A stretch of 64,000 bases of DNA. Source: an uncultured Gemmatimonadales bacterium. Lineage in GTDB: Bacteria > Gemmatimonadota > Gemmatimonadetes > Gemmatimonadales > GWC2-71-9. Both the position numbers and the translations under genes were made by a program. How positions within the stretch are numbered: position 1 is the stretch's first letter; the number at the start of each line of letters is the position of its first letter. Shown here in pieces: positions 30,495 to 38,489 of the stretch. Where the stretch lies: assembly GCA_963697755.1 (NCBI GenBank), contig CAVOPE010000008.1, positions 513,788 to 577,787 on the forward strand, given 5' to 3'. A model generated the notes under the pieces. That model had not been told where the DNA came from. It was given only the letters and a program-made list of their open reading frames with translations, and made no database searches.

Positions 30495-33400
30495 ATGAAC
30501 ACTCTCAGAACTACGCTCGTTTTCGTTGCGGCGGCATGGCCATTGGCGGTCGGTGGCCTCGCCGCCCAGGGAGTCACCACCGCAGCGCTGTTCGGGACGG
30601 TGACGGGTTCCGATTCCACAGCGCTCGAGGATGCCGTCGTCACGGTGACCAACACGGATACCGGCGAGCGATGGCAGACCGCTACCCGTGCCCGCGGCAG
30701 CTACGTCTTCGAGTATCTGTCGGTCGGCGGCCCCTACCTCCTCGAGGTCCGGGCCATCGGGTTCTCGCCGGGGCAGGGACCGGTGATCCTGCTCTCGTTG
30801 GGCGAGCGGCGCCGAGCCGATCTCTCCCTGACGGCAGCGTTCGTCGAGCTGCCTGAGATCGCAGTCTCCGCGGCGGTCGACCCGCTGGTGAACCCGGCGC
30901 GCAGCGGGCCCGCGCAGACCATCGGCGACTCACTGATCTCGCGAATGCCGATCCGGAGCAGGGACTTTTCCCAACTAGTCTACCTCTCCCCGCAGGCCGT
31001 GCTGACGCCGTCGGGCGGTGCGTCCATCGCCGGGCAGTCGGACCGGCTCAACGGCTTCCAGATCGACGGTGCCACCAACCTTGATCTCATTGGATTCGCG
31101 GGGGGCGGCGGCTTCGGTACGCCGGCCGCGAGCAGCGGGGTGCGCACCCTCTCGGTCGAGGCGCTGCGCGAGCTGCAGATCCTCTCCGCGCCGTTCGACG
31201 TGCGCTTTGGCACCTTCGCCGGTGGGCTGGTGAACGCGGTGACCCACTCGGGCTCGAATCGCTGGGCGGGGTCGCTCTCCGGCTACTTCGAGGACAAGGC
31301 GCTGACGGGGCGGGACTCGACCGGCCTCCGGGCGGAGGACTTCAGCACCAAGGAGTTCGCCTTCACCCTGGGCGGACCGATCGTGCGTGACCGCGCCGCG
31401 TTCTTTCTGGATCTCGGACTGCAGCGAGACGTCATCCCGCAGGGGACACCCAGCATCGGCAGCGACACCACCGGCGGCGCCGACTCGGCTGGCGTGGGAA
31501 TCCGCTACGCCAGCGCGGTGCGGTTCCAGGAAATTCTCCGGAACACGTACGGCGTTGAAGCGGGAAGCTTCGCCGCGGCGCCCGTGCGCCAGCCGAGCGG
31601 GAATCTCTTCGCCAAGGTGACGCTGCTGCCCGCGGTGAACAACCGGCTGGAGCTGTCCCACAACTACGGCCACGGGAACCCGGAATACCCGGGCGATCGG
31701 ACGCCCTACGAGGCCTACGCGCTCTCCTCCAACGGGAGTCAGGGCCCGGGCACGGTCAACGCTACCCGGCTCACCTGGACGATGGCGCGCGGAAGCCGCC
31801 TCTCGAATGAGCTCAACCTGGCCTATCTCCGGGTGCGTGAGGAGGAGCGCTGCCTGTCATCGAGCCCCTATTCCGAGGTCGTGGTCCACGCCGACGAAAG
31901 CTTCCTGGTGGCGGGAGACGGCTTTAGCTGCACCGTGAACTTCTCCAACCAGGACGTCTGGGAGCTGACCGACAACCTGTCGTGGTTTCAGGGCCAGCAT
32001 CAGCTCACGTTCGGTACCCACAACGAGCTGATCCGTACCCGGCGGCTTACCCGCATCCAGCCGCTGGGGCACTGGGAGTTCGCCAGCCTGGACTCCCTGC
32101 AGGCCGGATTGCCGGAGGTCTACTTGGGAAGCGTCCCGAACCCGCTCCAGCCGGAGGGCTCGGAGGCGGATCTGGGAATCAACCAGATCGGGCTTTACGT
32201 CCAGGATCGGTGGGCCGCGACCCCCAGTCTCACCCTGACGGCTGGCCTGCGGATGGACGTGCCGTTCGTGACCTCCAGCCCGGTGAGAAATCCGCTACTT
32301 CAGTCAGAGCTGGGGATCGACAACTCGCTCACACCAAGCGGCAACACCCTCTGGGCACCCCGGGTCGGCTTCAGCTACGACGTCGGCGGCAAGGGATTCC
32401 TCCGGGGTGGGGTGGGGGTGTTCTCCGGACGGCCGGCATCCACTGGATCAGCTCGGTATACGGCGGCACCGGACTCAACGCGTCCAATCTCTCTTGCGAA
32501 GGCCCGGACGTTCCCGCGTTTAGCCTCGACCCCGACAACCAGCCCCGCAGCTGCGGGAGTGGCGCCATCCCGGTCGTGGCCGATGTGACCTACTTCGACC
32601 CTTCGTTCCTGTTCCCCCGAAACTTCCGCGTGGCGCTCGGCACCGACCTCCGGCTGCCCTGGGGAATGGTGGGGACAGTGGACCTGCTATACGTGCGCGG
32701 GATGAACCAGATCTACCTAAACGACGTAAACTTGGTGCCGACCGGCGCGGCCGACGGGGAGGGTGGCCGGCAGCTGTACGGCGCGCTCGATCCGGCCACC
32801 GGCGCCGCCACGCCCAACAGGCAGAGCGCCGTCTTCGGGCCGGTGATCGAGGTGCGCAACTCGAGTGGGGACCGCTCCTACGTGGCTACCGCCCAGCTCC
32901 AGAAGCGCTTCGCCGGGGGCGCGGAGCTCGGTGTGGCCTACACCTACACCGACAGCAAGGACCGCCTGTCGGCGGCGGCGGACTTGGCGTCCTTGAACAT
33001 CGGCAGGGTCAACATCCTGGATGGCACCCTGGACCAGAGGCGGCTGGCGGTTTCGATGTACAGCGTGCCCCACAAGATCACGCTGGTCGGGGCCCTCGAT
33101 CTTCCGTACCGGTTCCGGCTCTCCCTGTTCTACAACGGGTTCTCGGGTGCCCCATACACCTACCGCATCACCGGTGATGCCAATGCGGACGGGCTTACCG
33201 CGTTTGGGCAGCCGACGTTCAACGACCCCATATACGTGCCCCGGGACGCGGCCGACATCACGCTGGAGGACCCGGGCCAGTGGGAGGCGCTGGACAGTTA
33301 CATCGAGAGCCGGCCGTGTCTGCGGGAACAGCGGGGGCAACTGCTGCGGCGAAACAGCTGCCGAGACCCGTGGGTGTCGGTCATGAACGCGCGGTTCTCG

Positions 33401-33646
33401 AAGGTCATCCCCACCACGAGCGGGCAGTCGATCGAGCTGATCGCGGACCTCTTCAACGTCCTGAACCTCATCGATGGTGACTGGGGGGTCCGGCGGTTCA
33501 TCGAGGATACTCGGATCCTGAGGCTGGTCGGCTATGACGCGGCGAACGGCCGCGGGATCTACGCGTTCGACACTCAGGATCCCAACATTCGTGATCACGA
33601 GGCCACCCGCTGGCGGATGCAGCTCGGGGCGCGGTACACGTTTTAG
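30495..33646 (+). pseudogene. TonB-dependent receptor with carboxypeptidase-regulatory-like N-domain, interrupted by a 1-nt frameshift near 32437
   Basis: Track ORFs 30471..32588 and 31982..33646 join as ...GGVGVFSGRPA / IHWISSVYGGTGLN.... It has a signal peptide MNTLRTTLVFVAAAWPLAVGGLAAQG and a C-terminal ...QLGARYTF beta-barrel end. Confidence 0.8.
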
Positions 33647-33668
33647 CCAATGTTACCATTCCTTCACC

Positions 33669-33811
33669 GATCTAGTACCTGAGCAGTACCTGAACTCCGC
33701 ATTCCTGGAGGGGTCTGGCCGGCGCTGGGCGACGATGCTGCGGACCGTAAGGCCTTGCTGGAAAGTGCCTAACGGTTCTCCGCAGGTCTCAGTGGATAAG
33801 CCCCTGACGCC
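33669..33811 (+). repeat. 143-nt island right-arm repeat, copy 1 (partner at 45893-46035)
   Basis: Hand alignment with 45893-46035 shows no net length difference and about 30 mismatches in 144 positions. Both copies directly precede a tRNA-Phe 3' repeat, and both contain the tandem GTACCTGA...GTACCTGA. Confidence 0.75.
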
Positions 33812-33853
33812 CTGAAAATCCGCGTGTCGGGGGTTCGATTCCCTCTCTGGCCA
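33812..33853 (+). repeat. tRNA-Phe 3' fragment (att repeat 1), 42/42 identical
   Basis: ctgaaaatccgcgtgtcgggggttcgattccctctctggcca equals tRNA positions 32-73 (anticodon loop to 3' end). Confidence 0.9.
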
Positions 33854-34226
33854 TTGCACTTAGCCCACCGCTCGACTCTCCACCTTTGACCGACCTTTGT
33901 CCATTTCGCCCGGATCGCCGGGCGGGGTGTGGATTTCGGTCGCGACGTCAAAGACGGCGTCCTCGGACGGTGCCCGGTAGACAGGGAATATTGTCTCCCA
34001 GTAATACCAGGCACCCGCCGAAAGCAGCAGGGCAGGCAGGCCGAGGATCACAATGAGATCCTTGGCCAAGCGCCAGACTTCTCGGAAGGAGGCGGCGTCA
34101 TAGGGGTAGCCGCAGTAGAGGCAGCGATGGTGGTCTGACCGGTCACGGATGCGCGCGCTCTGCTGAGATCGTAGGACGCATCGTTCTTCGCGGCCACCCC
34201 TTGCATGCCGCGAACGCTTGCGTTAA

Positions 34227-34250
34227 ATACTGAACCATATGGTTCAGTAT
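34227..34250. promoter_or_regulatory. Perfect 24-nt palindrome, probable ArsR-family operator
   Basis: ATACTGAACCAT|ATGGTTCAGTAT lies immediately upstream of (or overlapping) the arsR-family start codon. Confidence 0.6.
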
Positions 34251-34604
34251 ATGACGACCCGACTTGATACTTCGTTCGCCGCGCTCTCGGACGCCACGCG
34301 GCGTGGCGTTCTGGAGCAGCTCGGACGAGCCGACGCTTCGATCACGGACCTTGCCGAGAAGTTCCACATGACGCTCACGGGCATGAAGAAGCACGTCGGC
34401 GTTCTGGAGCAGGCGGGGCTCGTCACCACGAAGAAGATCGGGCGCGTGCGGACGTGCCAGCTGGGCCCGCGCCGATTGGAGGAAGAGACGGCGTGGCTCG
34501 AGAGGTACCGCCAGCGCTGGGACGAACGCTTCGACGAGTTGGACAAGGTTGTCGAGGAACTGACACGAAAGGAGAAGAGCGATGAACGCAAGAATCGAAA
34601 GTAA
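34251..34604 (+). CDS. ArsR/SmtB family transcriptional regulator
   Basis: FAALSDATRRGVLEQLGRADASITDLAEKFHMTLTGMKKHVGVLEQAGLV (winged HTH). The track start at 34239 is an alternative. Confidence 0.85.
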   Translation: MTTRLDTSFAALSDATRRGVLEQLGRADASITDLAEKFHMTLTGMKKHVGVLEQAGLVTTKKIGRVRTCQLGPRRLEEETAWLERYRQRWDERFDELDKVVEELTRKEKSDERKNRK

Positions 34605-35100
34605 GCCCGGCCCCGTGAAGAACCGCACCACGGTGGAACGGAAGTCGGACCGCGAGGTGGTTGTCACGCGGACCATCAACGGCCCGGCGCGCATCGTGTT
34701 CGAGGCATTTACCAAGGCCGAGCTGCTCAAGCGTTGGTGGGTGCCCAAGTCGATGGGAATGACCCTGCTGTCCTGCGAGGTGGATGCTCGTGTCGGAGGC
34801 AAGTACCGATTGGTATTCGACCACGGTGGCCCCGAGCCTGCCGCGTTTTTCGGCACGTATGTCGAAGTGAAGCCGTATTCGCGCCTCGCGTGGACCAATG
34901 AGGAAGGTGGCGAGGGCGGGCCTGTCACCACGGTGACCTTCGAGGAAAAGGGCGGCAAGACGCTGGTGGTCCTGCACGAGAGCTATCCTTCGAAGGAAGC
35001 GCTCGACGCTGCCGGCACCGGAGCAGCCGATGCAATGGTCGAGACGTTCGATCAGCTGGACGAGCTTCTCGTCGCCCTGGGTGAGAGCTCGGGACAGTAA
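34582..35100 (+). CDS. SRPBCC/AHSA1 (activator of Hsp90 ATPase homolog 1-like) family protein
   Basis: 172 aa, with ...INGPARIVFEAFTKAELLKRWW...GGKYRLVF.... It overlaps the arsR end, a common ArsR-SRPBCC pair. Confidence 0.8.
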   Translation: MNARIESKPGPVKNRTTVERKSDREVVVTRTINGPARIVFEAFTKAELLKRWWVPKSMGMTLLSCEVDARVGGKYRLVFDHGGPEPAAFFGTYVEVKPYSRLAWTNEEGGEGGPVTTVTFEEKGGKTLVVLHESYPSKEALDAAGTGAADAMVETFDQLDELLVALGESSGQ

Positions 35101-35213
35101 CAGAGACGTGGATCTCGCGGTCGGTCGTCCGATAGTCCCGGCTCACACTGGCCGGGGCTATCGGGTCCCACGGTACGTAGTCTCATCTGTCCCGACATGA
35201 GTGCGTGGGCGCC

Positions 35214-35351
35214 ATCTAACGACTTGCGCATCAGCTGCAAGCGACTCGCTCGCTCATACATCAACCTTACGTTCCACCGCCCGCCATCGGCGGGTGGCGG
35301 TTGACTAAACTTCGCCCAGTAGCGCTTGTCGGCTGCATGCGCTGGTTAGGC
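35214..35351 (-). other. attC-like recombination site (minus strand), 138 nt, canonical cores
   Basis: On the minus strand it reads GCCTAAC-cagcgcatgcagccgacaag ... internal hairpin ... cgcttgcagctgatgcgcaagtc-GTTAGAT. It lies downstream of the minus-strand gene 35594..35950. Confidence 0.7.
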
Positions 35352-35593
35352 GGCACCTGGGACGTTTGACCCACGCGAAGCGCTCGCTTGAAACGCCTTT
35401 CGCACGATGACACTCATGTTCTCTGCCACCCCGCTCGACCAGCGATCGAGCGAGGTGGGGATACCACCTAGCTCATCGGGGTCAGCAGCGACGCCTTCCC
35501 TCAACGTCAGCGACAAGGCCATAGCTAACACGGCCGAAGCAGTAGTCGGGCGCGAAGCCGGAACGCCACGCGCCCGGTACTGCCGTACTCGGT

Positions 35594-35950
35594 CTACTCT
35601 TCTCCCATCGCCCCCTCGACCGCGCGAGCTAGAACGGCTCGCCGGACCGCGCGCTTCACAAGCGCCCTCTTCAGCGCACGCTTCTTCAGCGCACGCTTCT
35701 TCAGCGCACGCTTCGCGACCGCCCTCTTCAGCGCACGCTTCTTCAGCGCACGCTTCGCGACCGCCCTCTTCAGCGCACGCTTCTTCAGCGCGCGCTTCGC
35801 GACCGCCCTCTTCAGCGCACGCTTCTTCAGCGCGCGCTTTGCGACCGCGCTCTTCAGCGCACGCTTCTTCAACGCGCGCTCGGCCCGCTTCGCGACCGCC
35901 CGCTTCACTTTCCGCCTCGCTACCGCTTTCTTGATTGCTTTTCGTGGCAT
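35594..35950 (-). CDS. Lys/Ala/Arg-rich repeat protein (histone H1-like / AlgP-like)
   Basis: The ATG at 35950 is preceded by gaaggaggg. The product is MPRKAIKKAVARRKVKRAVAKRAERALKKRALKSAVAKRALKKRALKRAV... (118 aa), built from 14-aa repeats. Confidence 0.7.
   Translation of the reverse strand: MPRKAIKKAVARRKVKRAVAKRAERALKKRALKSAVAKRALKKRALKRAVAKRALKKRALKRAVAKRALKKRALKRAVAKRALKKRALKKRALKRALVKRAVRRAVLARAVEGAMGEE
35663..35876. repeat. About five tandem copies of a 42-nt coding repeat
   Basis: The unit cgcttcgcgaccgccctcttcagcgcacgcttcttcagcgca begins at 35709, 35751, 35793 and 35835, with partial copies on each side. It encodes AKRALKKRALKRAV on the minus strand. Confidence 0.85.
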
Positions 35951-36517
35951 TAGTCCCTCCTTCTGACTTGCCCGAGGACCGCGGGAACGCCCGCGCGCGA
36001 CGCTGCCACCCACGATGGGGTGGATGGACAGCCTGGCCCAATAGTAGTAAGGGTCTGGTAGGTGGCGTGGATAGTGGACTTTGGGACAGGCGGCAAGGCA
36101 GGCTCGAATGGAGCGTGGGTGGGAGGGCAACCTAGTGATTAAGAGTCCTCCAGCCTGGGCAGGCATTTTCGACAACTTGTTGGGAGTCGGCCACTGTTCG
36201 AGCCTCGGTGCCCGGTTCCTTGCCGGAGTTTGCCCGCTCAGGCGAGGCGGGGACGACATTTCCCTCACGCCAGAATTTTTATTTTTTGAACGGGGGGACT
36301 CCCACCCGCATCTTCCAGCGGTATAAGCTCGCGCCCTCATGACCCGGCCTATTCCACGGCCGGGAACTTCTGGAATTGAAGGGGGGCACCTGTGACCAAA
36401 CCTGTGTCCGAACACCAGACAACTGCAGACTACTGGGGACAACACACTGTTGTGTAAGTCCCGCAACGACAACACCTGGACAGTCCGGTGTAGTCCCGTA
36501 TTTTTCGATTTGAAGAA

Positions 36518-36559
36518 CTGAAAATCCGCGTGTCGGGGGTTCGATTCCCTCTCTGGCCA
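36518..36559 (+). repeat. tRNA-Phe 3' fragment (att repeat 2), 42/42 identical
   Basis: The same 42-nt block as 27187-27228. Confidence 0.9.
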
Positions 36560-36794
36560 TTGCAGTTAGCCCGCCGCACGACTCCCCATTGTACCCAAAC
36601 TGTACCTTAGCGATTGTGGCGCGAGCCCCGGAGGCACGGTGGTCGTGAAACTGGAGGCGGTTCGAAGTCGATGGGCACGGCCAGGGAAATACAGCGCTCC
36701 GTGAGGCGTGCGGCACCGGAGTCGCCGACTTAGGCTGCGGTGGTCGCAGTCTAATACCAGTTAGACAGCCGCTATATCCGGAACTGGAAGGCAG

Positions 36795-37322
36795 ATGCGT
36801 CGAGTCCTTTACCGAGTCGCCGCGAGCGTTGACGGGTACATCGCGGGGACCCGCGGCGAGGTGGATTGGATCATCCACGATCCCGCCGTGGACTTCGCGA
36901 AGCTGTACGAGTCCGTCGACACCGTGCTCTTGGGGCGGCGCACCTATGAACTCACCCGCCAACCGGGTGCGCCCGCCTGGCCGCCAGGCTGGCAGGTCTA
37001 CGTGTTTTCACGCACGCTGCCGCCGGAGGAACACGCCGGCGTGACGGTCGTGAGCGTCGACGCCGGTGCGCGCGTGGCTGCACTCCGCGCTTCGCCCGGC
37101 CGGGAGATTTGGCTGTTTGGAGGCGGTAGCCTGTTCCGGAGCCTACTCGAGGCCAAGCAGGTGGACCTCGTGGAGGTGCTCATCGTACCGGTCCTGCTGG
37201 GGGGCGGCATCCGACTTCTGAAACCAGGAGCAGCGCTGACGCGCCTCGATCTCGAGCACGTGCAGAGGTATCCAAGCGGGCTCCTCGGCTTGCGGTACCG
37301 GGTTCCCAATGCCGTTGTCTGA
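36795..37322 (+). CDS. Dihydrofolate reductase family protein (RibD C-terminal domain)
   Basis: 175 aa, with MRRVLYRVAASVDGYIAG...DTVLLGRRTYE...IWLFGGGSLFRSLL...LVPVLLGGG. A ggaagg RBS lies upstream. Confidence 0.8.
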   Translation: MRRVLYRVAASVDGYIAGTRGEVDWIIHDPAVDFAKLYESVDTVLLGRRTYELTRQPGAPAWPPGWQVYVFSRTLPPEEHAGVTVVSVDAGARVAALRASPGREIWLFGGGSLFRSLLEAKQVDLVEVLIVPVLLGGGIRLLKPGAALTRLDLEHVQRYPSGLLGLRYRVPNAVV

Positions 37323-37327
37323 CTCGC

Positions 37328-37356
37328 GCCTGCAGCTGATGCGCCAGTCGTTAGAC
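37328..37356 (+). other. attC 3' half (L'-R'), GTTAGAC at 37350-37356
   Basis: gcctgcagctgatgcgccagtcGTTAGAC. The only upstream partner is a weak GTCTGAC at 37317-37323, so this is a half-site or a very short attC. Confidence 0.55.
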
Positions 37357-37404
37357 AGCGGCACCGGCAATCGACAGCCCCTGAGTTGATGGAGGCTCAT
37401 TCTG

Positions 37405-37722
37405 GTGATCACGGACGAAGGCCTGGTCAATACGCCCATTCTAGCACATGCCGCAAGCGACCCCTCGGGAGTCATGTTTTCGATGGAGGAGATCGCCGAC
37501 GACAGCAACCATTACCTGGCGCAGGAGCTCGAACAGATGCTCTCGGGTGTGGATGCTCAGACTGTGTCCGAACTGAAGTCGGACCAGCAGTTCCTCTTTT
37601 TCCATGGCGAGCGATCCCCAGGCGACCAGGACCGCCAGGCACGTTTGTGCATAGTGAGTCAGTGCATCCAGCAAACGATAGACGAGCTGCGGCTGAACCT
37701 CCTTGCTCGTTCCACTGAGTGA
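37405..37722 (+). CDS. Hypothetical protein (acidic, 105 aa)
   Basis: Track ORF only, with no recognisable domain. The segment is AT-richer, and it overlaps the next ORF by 20 nt. Confidence 0.4.
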   Translation: MITDEGLVNTPILAHAASDPSGVMFSMEEIADDSNHYLAQELEQMLSGVDAQTVSELKSDQQFLFFHGERSPGDQDRQARLCIVSQCIQQTIDELRLNLLARSTE

Positions 37723-38380
37723 GTTCGAAGTAGACGGCTTGGCTTTGGTACGACGTGGCCATGCCTTTGCCCCTGTGCCGGCAGTCAACGGACAGAATGC
37801 TGCCTATTGGTTCATGAAGACAGTCGTCCGGCGCGGCTTGTGCGATGCGGTTTCGGTACGTCTTGATCCCTTGATGCATCGGCCCAGCTCAACGTTCCCC
37901 GGTGTAGAGTATCGCATGTGGCTGTACGGCCGAAATTTGGACCTCACGCAGCTTGTAGGTCTCTCCGAAGAACAGTTTGGCAGGTGGCTCCCAGGCAGGC
38001 TCTCCCGATCCGCAGAATTCACGGATTACGTCTGGTCTCCTCGAGATGGCGAGCTCCACCTGACGCTGGAGGAACTCCCTAAACGAGATGAAATACGCGT
38101 TCGTGGAAGTCGCTATCTGCACGCGATCTACGACCCCTCCGAGGAGCTGGTCATCTATCTCGACGGGGCGGTACGGGTCTTCGACCAGGAGCAGTGGGAG
38201 AGAAGGGCAGGGAGCCATGTCCGCAACTCGAGCAAGGCGGGCACAAGGATCAAGACGTTCCGCCTCAATCGTCAGGTGAACGTGGAAGACCTTACCTCGT
38301 TAGCGGCGTGCTATTTCGTCTGGAACTACGACGGCGCGAAGTTCTGCAGGGTGCCGATACGGGATGAACTGCTCGCGTGA
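37703..38380 (+). CDS. Hypothetical protein (225 aa; start uncertain, alternative ATG at 37814)
   Basis: Track ORF with no recognisable domain. It is followed 20 nt downstream by an attC 5'-half-like motif. Confidence 0.5.
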   Translation: MLVPLSEFEVDGLALVRRGHAFAPVPAVNGQNAAYWFMKTVVRRGLCDAVSVRLDPLMHRPSSTFPGVEYRMWLYGRNLDLTQLVGLSEEQFGRWLPGRLSRSAEFTDYVWSPRDGELHLTLEELPKRDEIRVRGSRYLHAIYDPSEELVIYLDGAVRVFDQEQWERRAGSHVRNSSKAGTRIKTFRLNRQVNVEDLTSLAACYFVWNYDGAKFCRVPIRDELLA

Positions 38381-38400
38381 TCACATCTCCCGGCGTCGCC

Positions 38401-38427
38401 GCCCAATGCGCGCGTGCAGCCGACAGG
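38401..38427 (+). other. Degenerate attC 5' half (R''-L'')
   Basis: GCCCAAT-gcgcgcgtgcagccgacagg compared with the family consensus GCCTAAC-ccgcgcatgcagccgacagg. The only downstream counterpart is a weak GCAGCTG at about 38481. Confidence 0.4.
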
Positions 38428-38489
38428 CCGGCGGAGGCGGGCCCCGTCGCCGGCACCGTCCACGGTACGCCGTCCGCGGAGCAGCTGCC

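Noticed and set aside
33534-33815. Protein-level similarity between the tails of ORFs 33534..33815 and 45338..46039 (DLVPEQYLNSAFLEGS...PLTP)
   Set aside because: Only about 7 of about 24 differing codons are synonymous, and many changes are radical. The ORFs are otherwise antisense or out of frame to real genes. I interpret the similarity as conserved non-coding element arms.
33812-33853. Additional tRNA genes at 33812, 36518, 44731 and 46036
   Set aside because: Each copy contains only tRNA positions 32-73, with no acceptor 5' strand and no D-arm. They are att-type fragments, not genes.
33860-34069. 69-aa minus-strand ORF at the left edge of island 2, whose in-frame upstream region encodes a CxxC-like stretch (HHRCLYCGYPYD)
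   Set aside because: The only start is a TTG with no clear RBS. The zinc-ribbon-like part has no start codon between it and an upstream TAA. It is possibly a gene remnant, but it cannot be supported as a gene.
35663-35876. Regular 42-nt repeats as a possible CRISPR array
   Set aside because: The repeats are contiguous with no spacers. They are in frame and encode the AKRALKKRALKRAV repeat of a protein that has an RBS and a start codon.
36279-36962. 227-aa minus-strand ORF spanning att repeat 2
   Set aside because: It reads straight through the tRNA fragment (MAREGIEPPTRGFSV is the tRNA antisense translation) and is antisense to the DHFR-family gene. It is spurious.
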